Shown here: positions 1 to 8,962 of the stretch, piece after piece
Layout: each line of letters begins with the position of its first letter
How positions within the stretch are numbered: position 1 is the first letter of the stretch
Assembly (NCBI GenBank): GCA_963781395.1
Contig: CAWAFO010000006.1
Location: forward strand, 29,554 to 93,553
Length of the DNA: 64,000 bases
Reading direction: 5' to 3'
Source of the DNA: an uncultured Pseudomonadota bacterium
Lineage (GTDB): Bacteria; Pseudomonadota; Gammaproteobacteria; Burkholderiales; Casimicrobiaceae
The notes under the pieces: model-generated
What the model was told of the DNA's origin: nothing
Database searches by the model: none
What the model saw: only the letters and a program-made list of their open reading frames with translations
Program-made: the position numbers and the translations under genes

Positions 1-279
1 CACGCCGAGCACGACCACGTCCGCCGCCTGGATCTCGGCGATCAGGGCGTCGTCCTGCGCCACGCGCGCCGCCTGCTCCGCGGTGCGCTGCGCGGCGGGC
101 GTGAACAGCGCGCCGAACGCGGCCTCGTCGAGCGCGGGATGCGGCGTCGCGACGAGATCGCGAACTCGCAACGTGGCGTCGGGATGCGCGTCGCGCAAGC
201 GGCCGACGATGCGGGTCGCAAGACGCGACGAATGCGAGTCTGCGCGACGCGCGCTGGAATTGATCTGCAGGATTCGCAT
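1..279 (-). CDS. azoR: FMN-dependent NADH-azoreductase, N-terminal part (runs off left edge)
   Basis: Manual translation [25 protein letters not shown]...[17 protein letters not shown], typical AzoR/AcpD N-terminus; GAGG upstream; divergent LysR. Confidence 0.85.
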   Translation of the reverse strand, partial: MRILQINSSARRADSHSSRLATRIVGRLRDAHPDATLRVRDLVATPHPALDEAAFGALFTPAAQRTAEQAARVAQDDALIAEIQAADVVVLGV

Positions 280-410
280 GGGGACCTCGCCTTTATGCAT
301 TTCCATCGGTGAGGTCAATATATTTGTTGCATCCCCAACACAGAAGACGTTGAATTGGATATCATTATCCCAATGGTGGCATAATCAACGAGATCTCCGG
401 TGCGCCTTCC

Positions 411-1469
411 ATGACCCAACCTGTCAATTCCGCCGGGCCTCCAGGCGCGCGCAGCGCCGTGGTTGCCACCTCCGCATCCCGCCGCACTCCTGCACCTGCA
501 ACCGTCGCACGCGCGACGTCGGCGCTGGAGGCCAACGACCTCCTGCTTTTCGCGCGCGTGGTCGACGAGGGCAGCTTCTCGCGGGCCGCGGAACGCCTGC
601 ACGTCCCGAAGTCGACGGTGTCGCGGCGGGTCGCCGTGCTCGAAGCCGAGCTCGGCGAGCGCCTGCTGCTGCGTACGACGCGCAAGCTGACGTTGACCGA
701 TTTCGGGCGCGCGGTGCTCCAGCACGCGCACCACGTGGCCGAGGACGTCGCTGCCGCCGCGGCGCTGGCGCAGCATCGGCAGGCCGAGCCCAGCGGACGG
801 CTGCGCGTGTCGATGCCGGGCGACATCGCCAACCTGATTCTCGCCCCGCTGCTCGCCGACTTCGCGATCCGCTATCCGGCGATCACGCTCGAGGTCGATC
901 TCACCGCGCGCTTTGTCGACCTGATCGGCGAGAACTACGACGTGGCGATCCGTGTCGGCGATCTGGCCGACGACGCCTCGCTCGCCGCGCGACGCGTGGC
1001 GACGTTCACCGGCAGCATCTGCGCATCGCCCGCCTATCTCGCGCGCCGCGGCGTGCCCTCCGAACCGGAAGCATTGATGGAACACGACGCGCTGCTCGCG
1101 ATCGGCAAGGACGGCGAGGCGCTGCCGTGGATCCTGCGGCGCGGCGAGGCGCTGTGGCAGGGCGTCCCGCCGGCGCGCGCGCGCGCCAATTCACCGGGCC
1201 TGCTGATGCAGCTGGCGCTCGGCGGCGCCGGCATCACCGTGGTCAACGACGGCTTCGCGCTGCCGCACATCGAGCGCGGCGAGCTCGTGTCGCTGCTGGC
1301 CGACTGGACGCTGCCGCCCACACCGATATGGGCGGTCTTTCCGGGGCGGCGCCTCATGCCCGCGCGCACTCGCGTGTTCCTCGATGCGCTCGAGGCGAAA
1401 TTCGCCGGGCCCGAGTGCCGCGCGGCCGAAGCGCAGATCGCGCGCACGAAACCGCGCCGCAACGGCTGA
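411..1469 (+). CDS. LysR family regulator (start may be further downstream)
   Basis: HTH LLLFARVVDEGSFSRAAERLHVPKSTVSRRV, GRLRVSMP substrate domain; divergent from azoR. Confidence 0.9.
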   Translation: MTQPVNSAGPPGARSAVVATSASRRTPAPATVARATSALEANDLLLFARVVDEGSFSRAAERLHVPKSTVSRRVAVLEAELGERLLLRTTRKLTLTDFGRAVLQHAHHVAEDVAAAAALAQHRQAEPSGRLRVSMPGDIANLILAPLLADFAIRYPAITLEVDLTARFVDLIGENYDVAIRVGDLADDASLAARRVATFTGSICASPAYLARRGVPSEPEALMEHDALLAIGKDGEALPWILRRGEALWQGVPPARARANSPGLLMQLALGGAGITVVNDGFALPHIERGELVSLLADWTLPPTPIWAVFPGRRLMPARTRVFLDALEAKFAGPECRAAEAQIARTKPRRNG

Positions 1470-1487
1470 GCCTGCGAGCCCCAGCGC

Positions 1488-2384
1488 TCAGCCGCTGGCG
1501 GCGCGCGGCACCTCGGCACCGACGAGCAGCTCGTCGACGATCGCGAGGAATCCCGCCACCACGCGCGCGTGACGCCGCTCCTGCAGCGTGACGACGTGGG
1601 TCGTCGTGCGCACGTCGGCGTCGGCGATGGCCAGCACCGCGAGGCGCGGGTCGGGCACGAACTCGAATTCCGACACCACGGCGATGCCGAGCCCGCGGAT
1701 CACCGCTTCGCGCACCGCTTCGCGGCTGCCGACCTCCAGCGAGATCGTCGGCGCAAGGCCCAGGCGCCGCAGCGCATCCTCGAGCGCCTTGCGCGTGGTC
1801 GAGCCCTTCTCGCGCATGACGAGCGGCTCGTCCGCCAGCTCGGCGAGCGCGACGCTCGCGCGGCGGTCGAAGCGATGCCCGCGCGCCACGAACACCACCA
1901 CCGGATGCGACCGGTAGGGCACGAAATGCAGGACGGGATCGGGCGCGAACTGCGCGAGCACGGCGACGTCGGACTCGTAGTCCTTGAGGCTCTTCACCGT
2001 CTCCTCGGAATTGCCGACGTTGATCGTCACCTCGATCTGCGGATAGCGGGCGCGGAACGCGGCGATCATCTCCATCACGTGGTAAGGGCCGACGGCGCCG
2101 ATGCGCAGGTTGCCGGTGCGCAGCGCGCCGCTGTCCTTGAGCAAATGCACGGCGTCCTCCTCCAGGCCGAAGATGCGCTGCGCGATCGCGAAGAGCTCGC
2201 GGCCGACGTCGGACAGCTCGAGGCGATGGCCGCGGCGATGGAAGAGCTCGACGCCATAGCTCAGCTCGAGCGCACGCACCTGGCTCGTGACCGTCGGCTG
2301 GCTGACGTGGAGCTGGCGCGCGCCGGCCGTGAAACCGCCGTAGCGGGCGGCGGCATAGAACGACCGGAGTTGCGCGAGCCTCAT
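1488..2384 (-). CDS. LysR regulator, phosphonate-catabolism-associated type
   Basis: MRLAQLRSFYAAARYGGFTAGARQLHVSQPTVTSQV; VGNSEETV..L.DYESDVA resembles aminoethylphosphonate-associated LysRs; context. Confidence 0.85.
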   Translation of the reverse strand: MRLAQLRSFYAAARYGGFTAGARQLHVSQPTVTSQVRALELSYGVELFHRRGHRLELSDVGRELFAIAQRIFGLEEDAVHLLKDSGALRTGNLRIGAVGPYHVMEMIAAFRARYPQIEVTINVGNSEETVKSLKDYESDVAVLAQFAPDPVLHFVPYRSHPVVVFVARGHRFDRRASVALAELADEPLVMREKGSTTRKALEDALRRLGLAPTISLEVGSREAVREAVIRGLGIAVVSEFEFVPDPRLAVLAIADADVRTTTHVVTLQERRHARVVAGFLAIVDELLVGAEVPRAASG

Positions 2385-2399
2385 AGACGCACTCTATGA
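2381..2399. promoter_or_regulatory. LysR T-N11-A dyad operator overlapping the LysR start codon
   Basis: TCATAGA-CGCAC-TCTATGA perfect 7-bp inverted repeat between the divergent LysR and Fe-ADH genes. Confidence 0.65.
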
Positions 2400-2488
2400 T
2401 ACGCGTCGAAAAATGTATTGGTTCAATGGGGAAGGCGCGCCGATACTCGCGCACGGCACCCAATGACGCGACGCGGGGGAATCTTGCG

Positions 2489-3583
2489 GTGAAGCAGCCT
2501 CGGCCCTGGACGTTCCACAATCCCGTCGCGGTGACATTCGGTTCCGGGTGCCTCGCGCAACTGCCCGCGCGCATCGGCGACCGCCGCACCGTCGTCGTCA
2601 CGTTTCCGGAGGCCGACGGACTCGGCCTGCACGCGCGGATGCGGGACCTGCTCGGAGACCGCCTGCGCGGCGTCGTCGCCGACATCGCGCCCAATCCCGA
2701 CGTCGCCGAGTTGCGCACACTGTATGCGCGCTTCTGGCGCGACTTCGCCGATTGCGAAGTGGTCGTCGCGCTCGGCGGCGGCAGCGCGCTCGATACGGCG
2801 AAGGCGCTCATCGTACGCACCGCAAACGGCACGTTCGGCGAGCTCGAGTCGGCGCTGGCGGGCGGCGCGGCGTGGACACCCTCGTCCGCCAAGTCGCTGA
2901 TCACCGTGCCGACCACCGCGGGCACCGGCAGCGAAGTGACGCCCTGGGCGACCGTGTGGGATCGCGCGTCGCAGCGCAAGTTCTCGCTGCATCTCGACGC
3001 GACGTGGCCGGAGGCGGCCTTCGTCGACCCCGACCTGACTGCGACGCTGCCGGCGTCGGTGACGCTGCAAAGCGGACTCGACGCCCTGTCCCACGCGCTC
3101 GAATCGATCTGGAACGTCAACGCCAATCCGGTCTCCGACGCGCTCGCCGTCAACGCGGCGAAGTCGATGCTGGAGACGCTGCCGTCGCTGATGCGCAACC
3201 TCGGCGACCAAGGGCTTCGCGCGCGCGCGTCGCTGGCGGCGTTGCAGGCCGGTCTCGCGTTCTCCAACACCAAGACCGCGCTCGCGCATTCGCTGTCGTA
3301 CGAGATGACGCTGCGCTACGGCCTGCCGCACGGCATCGCCTGCTCGTTCACGCTGCCGCTGGTGCTCGAGCGCGCGCTCGGGCACGATGCGCGGCGCGAC
3401 GCCACGCTGGCGCAGGTCTTCGCGTGCCCGCTGGCAGAGGCCGGCGATTGGCTGCGGGCATTCCTCGAGTCCCTCGGGGTCAGCCCGCGCTTCGAAAGTC
3501 ATGGCGTGCCGGTGGAGGAATCGGCGCGGATGATCGCGGACGCGCTCGAGGGTCCGCGCGGGAGGAATTTCATCGGCGCCTGA
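2489..3583 (+). CDS. Iron-containing alcohol dehydrogenase, phosphonate-associated (PsrA-like)
   Basis: WTFHNPVAVTFGSG, GGGSALDTAK, PTTAGTGSEVT, LDALSHALES, LAHSLSY, LPHGIAC metal ligands; GTG start after GGGGGA. Confidence 0.85.
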   Translation: MKQPRPWTFHNPVAVTFGSGCLAQLPARIGDRRTVVVTFPEADGLGLHARMRDLLGDRLRGVVADIAPNPDVAELRTLYARFWRDFADCEVVVALGGGSALDTAKALIVRTANGTFGELESALAGGAAWTPSSAKSLITVPTTAGTGSEVTPWATVWDRASQRKFSLHLDATWPEAAFVDPDLTATLPASVTLQSGLDALSHALESIWNVNANPVSDALAVNAAKSMLETLPSLMRNLGDQGLRARASLAALQAGLAFSNTKTALAHSLSYEMTLRYGLPHGIACSFTLPLVLERALGHDARRDATLAQVFACPLAEAGDWLRAFLESLGVSPRFESHGVPVEESARMIADALEGPRGRNFIGA

Positions 3584-3643
3584 ACGCGGCCGGTGCGGTG
3601 CAACCACGACGAGGGCACGACGCCCCACTATGGAGGAGCAGCG

Positions 3644-4951
3644 ATGGATGCAGTGATGACGGGTTCACCGGGCGGCGGCGCCGCCTCGCAGGATCGCAGC
3701 CGCAGGCTGGTGACGATCGCCAGCCTGATCGGCACTACCGTGGAGTGGTACGACTTCTTCCTCTACGGCACGATCACCGGCCTCGTGTTCAACAAGCTCT
3801 TCTTCCCGGCGAACGACCCGTTCGTGTCGACGATGCTCGCGTACACGGTCTATGCGGTGGGATTCGTCACGCGTCCGGTCGGCGGCATCCTGTTCGGCCA
3901 CTTCGGCGACAAGATCGGCCGCAAGCCGTTGCTGGTGCTGACGCTGCTCATCATGGGCATCGCCACGTTCCTGATCGGACTCATCCCCACCTACGCGCAG
4001 ATCGGCATCGCCGCACCGCTGCTGCTCCTGCTGCTGCGATTGCTGCAGGGCATCGGGCTCGGCGGCGAATGGGGCGGCGCCGTGATCATGTCGTTCGAGT
4101 ACGCGCCGAAGGCGAAGCGCGGCTTCTACACCTGTTGGCCGCAGGTCGGGCTGGCAGTGGGGCTGTCGCTCGCCACCGGCGTCGTGGCGCTCCTCACCAA
4201 GACGCTCTCGGATGAAGCGTTCCTGGCATGGGGATGGCGGGTCGCGTTCATGGGGTCGATCGTGCTGGTCGGCGTGGGACTTTTCGTTCGTCTGAAGATC
4301 CTCGAGACCCCCGAATTCGCGAAGATCAAGGATGCGCAGAAGATCGCGCACGTGCCGGTCGGCGAAGTGATCCGCGACTACAAGAAGAACGTGCTGCTGG
4401 GCTGGGGCGCACGCTGGATCGACGGTGTGGTGTTCAATGTCTACGCCGTGTTCACGATCGCGTATCTGGTCGGCACGGTGAAGCTCGACAAGACCGGCGT
4501 GCTGCTCGGCATCTCGGCGGCGGCGTTCATCCTCATCTTCACCATTCCGATCGCCTCGGCGTGGTCCGATCGCGTCGGCCGGCGCACGGCCTATGGTTGG
4601 GGGGCCTTGGCCTGCGGACTCGCCGCGTTCCCGCTGTTCTGGATGATGCATTACGGCGGCAGCGTGGTGCTGGCGGGCGCCGCGATCATCCTCGGACTCG
4701 GCATCATCTACGCCCCGGTCTATGGTCCCGAGGCCGCGCTGTTCTGCGAGTTGTTCGACACCCGGGTGCGCTACTCCGGAATCTCGGTCGTCTACCAGGT
4801 TTCGGGCATCGTCTCGAGCTCGATCACGCCGCTGATCGCCACCTCGCTGCTCAAGGCGGGCGACGGCGCACCCTGGTGGATAGCCGCGTACATGTGCGTG
4901 ATCGGCATCATCAGCGCCGTGAGCACGTACTTCATGCGTCGCACTTTCTGA
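3644..4951 (+). CDS. MFS transporter, metabolite:H+ symporter (shikimate-like) family
   Basis: GTTVEWYDFFLYG, GHFGDKIGRK, LQGIGLGGEWGGA; GGAGGAG RBS. Confidence 0.9.
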   Translation: MDAVMTGSPGGGAASQDRSRRLVTIASLIGTTVEWYDFFLYGTITGLVFNKLFFPANDPFVSTMLAYTVYAVGFVTRPVGGILFGHFGDKIGRKPLLVLTLLIMGIATFLIGLIPTYAQIGIAAPLLLLLLRLLQGIGLGGEWGGAVIMSFEYAPKAKRGFYTCWPQVGLAVGLSLATGVVALLTKTLSDEAFLAWGWRVAFMGSIVLVGVGLFVRLKILETPEFAKIKDAQKIAHVPVGEVIRDYKKNVLLGWGARWIDGVVFNVYAVFTIAYLVGTVKLDKTGVLLGISAAAFILIFTIPIASAWSDRVGRRTAYGWGALACGLAAFPLFWMMHYGGSVVLAGAAIILGLGIIYAPVYGPEAALFCELFDTRVRYSGISVVYQVSGIVSSSITPLIATSLLKAGDGAPWWIAAYMCVIGIISAVSTYFMRRTF

Positions 4952-5105
4952 GCGTTTTCCCCCGCAAGTCCTACTGGCGACAACCTGTTCAAGGGCGTCG
5001 CTGGTAGGCCGTTGGCACGCGTTCGTCGTGTACAACCATCTAACTGGGGTTTTTTGCCACAACTATTCCCTGAAAACAATAGGTTGTGCGATTCAAATGG
5101 TTCAA

Positions 5106-5122
5106 TGTCGGCAGCAATTACA
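5106..5122. promoter_or_regulatory. Putative bacterial enhancer (bEBP/PrsR-type) site
   Basis: TGTCGGCAGCAATTACA = TGT-N11-ACA in an AT-rich stretch about 65 bp upstream of a sigma54 -24 element. Confidence 0.45.
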
Positions 5123-5184
5123 TTCGCTTGAACACTTCGTGAACAATACAACATTTAACTAACATAATCATACGGTTGTCGTGC

Positions 5185-5200
5185 TGGCTCAGGGCTTGCT
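5185..5200 (+). promoter_or_regulatory. sigma54 -24/-12 promoter
   Basis: TGGCTCAGGGCTTGCT; GG at 5186-87 and GC at 5198-99, canonical spacing. Confidence 0.7.
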
Positions 5201-5237
5201 ACTAGTCCCGCAGAACAAATTTCCAGGGAGTATCGCC

Positions 5238-5996
5238 TTGAAGAACTTCAGCCGCCTCGCCATCGCGGCAGCATTCGCCGTGTCGACGACCGCGTTCGCC
5301 GACACGATCACGCTCACGTACAACAGTTCGATCTACGCGCATGGCAGCGACGGTGTGAATCTCGCCGGAACGCCGCCGCCCCCCCATCCGTCCTCGTACC
5401 CGTATACCAGCGTCGGCGCCGGTGAGTTCGGCGCGCACGACGTCACCGTCACCGGCAGTCTCACCACGGCGAATCTGGTCGACAGCTCGAGCGACTTCTT
5501 CCTGTATTGCTATGACCTGTTCCAGACGATTGGTCCAGGCGGTACGTACACCTACACCGTCAACTACACCGGCGCCCTCGCGCACACGCTCGACTTTCTC
5601 GGCGCGGTCAACTCCGTGCTGAACGGTGCCAGCGGCACGGATCAGTTCGCGTGGCTGCATCCGACCACCACCGGCGAGTCGGCCGCCATCCAGCTCGGCA
5701 TCTGGGAAAGCCTCTACGACAACGATCCCAACTTCAGTCTCGCTACAGGCTCGTTCCAGGCGAGCGGCCTCGACGCGGGGACTGCGACCGAATATGCACA
5801 GTTCCAAGCGGCCGTGTCGACAACCGCCAGCCTTCCGCTGCCATTCACGATGGTTCTGGAAAGCGCCACCAACCAGGACCAGATCACCGGCTTGCGCCCG
5901 AGCCAGCGCAACTTCACGCCCGAGCCCGGCTCGCTGGCACTGCTCGCCGCCGGCCTCATCGCCGCAGGCGTGGCGCGCCGCAAGCGCAAGGGCTGA
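5238..5996 (+). CDS. PEP-CTERM sorting domain protein
   Basis: Signal peptide (LKNFSRLAIAAAFAVSTTAFA), C-terminal TPEPGSLALLAAGLIAAGVARRKRKG; TTG start after GGGAG. Confidence 0.9.
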   Translation: MKNFSRLAIAAAFAVSTTAFADTITLTYNSSIYAHGSDGVNLAGTPPPPHPSSYPYTSVGAGEFGAHDVTVTGSLTTANLVDSSSDFFLYCYDLFQTIGPGGTYTYTVNYTGALAHTLDFLGAVNSVLNGASGTDQFAWLHPTTTGESAAIQLGIWESLYDNDPNFSLATGSFQASGLDAGTATEYAQFQAAVSTTASLPLPFTMVLESATNQDQITGLRPSQRNFTPEPGSLALLAAGLIAAGVARRKRKG

Positions 5997-6023
5997 AAAC
6001 CGAACTCCGGAGTTGTACCGTGA

Positions 6024-6059
6024 CGGCGCGCCTCGGCAACGAGGTGCGCCGATTTTTTT
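6024..6059 (+). terminator. Rho-independent terminator
   Basis: CGGCGCGCCTCG-GCAA-CGAGGTGCGCCG followed by a T run. Confidence 0.75.
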
Positions 6060-6133
6060 GTGCAAACGGATTGCCCGCTGACACACGGCGTCCGGGCGTA
6101 AGCGGGAACCGTGGATCTACATGGGGGCATGAC

Positions 6134-6420
6134 GTCATCTCCGCGAAAGCGCGGGATCCATGAATTGATGCGGCGTCATACCTGGATTCCCGCATTCGCG
6201 GGAATGACGGCGCGCAAGGGCGACGCCGACGCCCAACGACGTCATCCCCGCGAAAGCGGGGATCCATGAATTGATGCGGCGTCATACCTGGATTCCCGCA
6301 TTCGCGGGAATGACGGCGCGCAAGGGCGACGCCGACGCCCAATGAGGTCATCCCCGCGAAAGCGGGGATCCATGAATTGACGCGGCGTCATACCTGGATT
6401 CCCGCATTCGCGGGAATGAC
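6134..6420. repeat. REP/BIME-like tandem array, three ~106-bp units, six palindromes
   Basis: GTCATCCCCGCGAAAGCGGGGATCCA and inverted TGGATTCCCGCATTCGCGGGAATGAC; units start at 6134, 6241, 6347 with near-identical linkers. Confidence 0.9.
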
Positions 6421-6480
6421 GGTGGTGCTTGGACGATCGGGCGCGTGCGATTTGCAGATCGGGCCCAGGCCGCGTCGGGC

Positions 6481-7524
6481 CTAGGGCGCGTCGGAAATGT
6501 CCGTGGCGAAGTGCACGCCGGCTGACTGCACCCGCAGGCGCGGATCGTGGGACTTCACCAGCACCGGCCGTCCCTCGAGGATCTCGAAGCAGCGTTCCAG
6601 CGTCTCGTCCTCGAGCCTCTGCATCGCCTCGGCCGTGTAGAACGTGAGGTGCGGCCACAGCATCACGTTGTCCATCGCGTGCAGCGAGGCCAGCGGATGC
6701 CCGGCCCTGGCGAGCGGCTCCTGGCCGTAAACGTCGAGTCCGGCGCCGGCGATGCCCCCGGCCTCGAGCGCGCGCACCAGCGCGGCCTCGTCGACGATCG
6801 CGCCGCGCGACACGTTGATCAGCGTCGCCGACGCCTTCATCGCCGCGAGCTCGCGCTCGCCGATGAGATGGCGCGTATCGTCGTTCAGCACCGAATGCAC
6901 CGACAGGACGTCGCAGCGCGCCAGCATTTCGCAGAGGTCGTCGTGCTTGTGCACGCCGGCGCGCATCATCTGCGCGCCATCGACATGCGGGTCGTAACCG
7001 AGCACGCGCATGCGGAAACCCTGCCCGGCCATCCGCGCCACGTTGCGGCCGATGCGGCCCACGCCGACGAGGCCGAGCGTCTTGCCCGCGAGATCGCTGG
7101 CCAGCCAACGCGCAGTGGGCCACGCCCAGCCGCGCGCCTCCATCTCGCGCTGCAGCGGCTTGAACTTCTTCGCCAGCGCGAGCATCAGCGCCAGCGCTCC
7201 CTCGGCCACCGTCTCCTCGGCGTATTCGGGCACGTTGACGACCGGAATGCCGCGGCGCCGCGCGGCATCGATGTCGATGGCGTCGATGCCGACCCCATAT
7301 TTGACGATGCCCTTGAGCCGCGGCGCGGCGTCGATCACGCGCGCCGGGATCTGCGTGTAGCACATCAGCAGCAGGTCGGCGTCGCGCAGCTCGGCGGCGA
7401 GTGTGTCGGTGCTGGTCGCATCGGGCAGCACCACAAGCGTCAGCCCACGCTCGCGCAGCACGCGGTCGACGTGAGGCATCTCCAGCTCGGCGTCGGTGCG
7501 CACCACCTTCATCGGCGCGATCAT
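6481..7524 (-). CDS. D-2-hydroxyacid dehydrogenase family protein (candidate PbfF-type HAEP racemase)
   Basis: KYGVGIDAID, GLVGVGRIG, INVSRGAIVDE, DVYGQEP, PHL; directly downstream of pbfA. Confidence 0.85.
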   Translation of the reverse strand: MIAPMKVVRTDAELEMPHVDRVLRERGLTLVVLPDATSTDTLAAELRDADLLLMCYTQIPARVIDAAPRLKGIVKYGVGIDAIDIDAARRRGIPVVNVPEYAEETVAEGALALMLALAKKFKPLQREMEARGWAWPTARWLASDLAGKTLGLVGVGRIGRNVARMAGQGFRMRVLGYDPHVDGAQMMRAGVHKHDDLCEMLARCDVLSVHSVLNDDTRHLIGERELAAMKASATLINVSRGAIVDEAALVRALEAGGIAGAGLDVYGQEPLARAGHPLASLHAMDNVMLWPHLTFYTAEAMQRLEDETLERCFEILEGRPVLVKSHDPRLRVQSAGVHFATDISDAP

Positions 7525-7594
7525 GACCTCCCTCGCAGCGCGTTTCGTGCGCCTCCCCCGAGGCGGGCAGCGCCTTGGGACGGCCCCGCGGCGC

Positions 7595-8962
7595 TCATGC
7601 GCACGCCGCGATCGCGGCCTCCACGATGTCGAGCGCGCGGTCGACGTCGGCGACGTCGATGGTGAGCGGCGGCGCCAGCACCAGCACGTTGCCCTGCCCC
7701 ACCTTGAACGAGAGACCGGCGCCAAGACAGTGATAGAGCACGCGCTCCGCCACGTCGCGCGCAGGCGCACCGGTGGCCGGATCGACGAGCTCGACACCGA
7801 GCAGGAGGCCGATGCCGCGCACGTCGCCGACGACGGGATGCCGCCGCTGCATCGCGCGCAGCCGTTCCTGCGCATGCGCGCCCAGCGTGCGCGCGCCCTC
7901 GAGCAGCCGCTCCTCCTCGATCACGGCGAGCGTGGCGAGGCCCGCGGCGCATCCGAGCGAGCTCTTTTCGTGCGTGTAGTGGCCGAGCGCGCGGTCGGCG
8001 GCGACGTCGAGGCCCTCGCGCGCGATGAGCGCCGCCATCGGAAACACGCCGCCGCCGAGCCCCTTGCCCAGCACCACCATGTCGGGAACGATGCCGTAGT
8101 GCTCGAATGCGTACATCGTGCCGGTGCGCCCCAGCCCGATCGGGATCTCGTCGAGGATCAGCAGCGCGCCGTGTCGGTCGCACGCGCGGCGCAGCGACTC
8201 GTAGTACGCGCGCGGCGGAATCTGCACGTCGGTCGAGCGCACGGTCTCCACCACCACCGCGGCGACATCCTCCTCCTTGCCGAGCACATAGTCGACATAG
8301 TCGGCGCAGCGCGCATTGCACGTGCCGCCGCAGCCGAAACGGCAGCCACGCGGATCGCACGGCTGCACGTGCTCGGTGCCGGGCAGCAGCGGACCGATGT
8401 CACGGCGGAACAGCGCCTCGCCGCCGACCGAGATCGCGTCGAGCGACGCGCCATGGAAGGCGTCCCACATCGACACCGTCTTGTGGCGCCCGGTGGCGAT
8501 GCGCGCGAGCTTCAGCGCCATGCCGATCGCGCTGGTGCCGCCGGGCGCGAACAAGACCTTGGCGAGCGGGCGCGGCGCCAGCTCGACCAGCCGGCGTGCC
8601 AGCGTGACGGCCGCTTCGTTGGTGAATCGTCGCGGCGAGAACGGCAGCGTGTCGAGCGCCTGCTTGACCGCGGCCACCACGCGCGGATGGCCATGACCGA
8701 CCTGGTGCACGCTGTTGCCGTGGAAATCCATGTAGCGCCGGCCCTCGACGTCTTCGAGCCAGATGCCGGACGCCGACGCGAGCGCGTTGAAGCACGGCGT
8801 GGACAGCGACTGGTGCAGGAAGTACTTGGCATCCTCCGCGAGCAGCGCGCGCGTCGCCGGCGCGAGATGCTCGGCCTCCCATTGCTTGCGCAGCGGCGAC
8901 AGGTTGACGTCGCCCTCGGCGGCGAGATCGGCATGCGGCGCGGACGGTGTCGGCTTACGCAT
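7595..8962 (-). CDS. pbfA: (R)-1-hydroxy-2-aminoethylphosphonate ammonia-lyase, class III PLP fold
   Basis: EGDVN, FLHQSLSTPC, YMDFHGNSVHQVGHGHP, LPFSPRRFTNE, DAFHGASLDAISVGGEA, GHYTHEKS, LSFKVGQGNV match PbfA as I recall it. Confidence 0.8.
   Translation of the reverse strand: MRKPTPSAPHADLAAEGDVNLSPLRKQWEAEHLAPATRALLAEDAKYFLHQSLSTPCFNALASASGIWLEDVEGRRYMDFHGNSVHQVGHGHPRVVAAVKQALDTLPFSPRRFTNEAAVTLARRLVELAPRPLAKVLFAPGGTSAIGMALKLARIATGRHKTVSMWDAFHGASLDAISVGGEALFRRDIGPLLPGTEHVQPCDPRGCRFGCGGTCNARCADYVDYVLGKEEDVAAVVVETVRSTDVQIPPRAYYESLRRACDRHGALLILDEIPIGLGRTGTMYAFEHYGIVPDMVVLGKGLGGGVFPMAALIAREGLDVAADRALGHYTHEKSSLGCAAGLATLAVIEEERLLEGARTLGAHAQERLRAMQRRHPVVGDVRGIGLLLGVELVDPATGAPARDVAERVLYHCLGAGLSFKVGQGNVLVLAPPLTIDVADVDRALDIVEAAIAACA

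Noticed and set aside
6134-6420. CRISPR array
   Set aside because: Intervening sequences are near-identical rather than unique, palindromes alternate in orientation, and no cas genes are present
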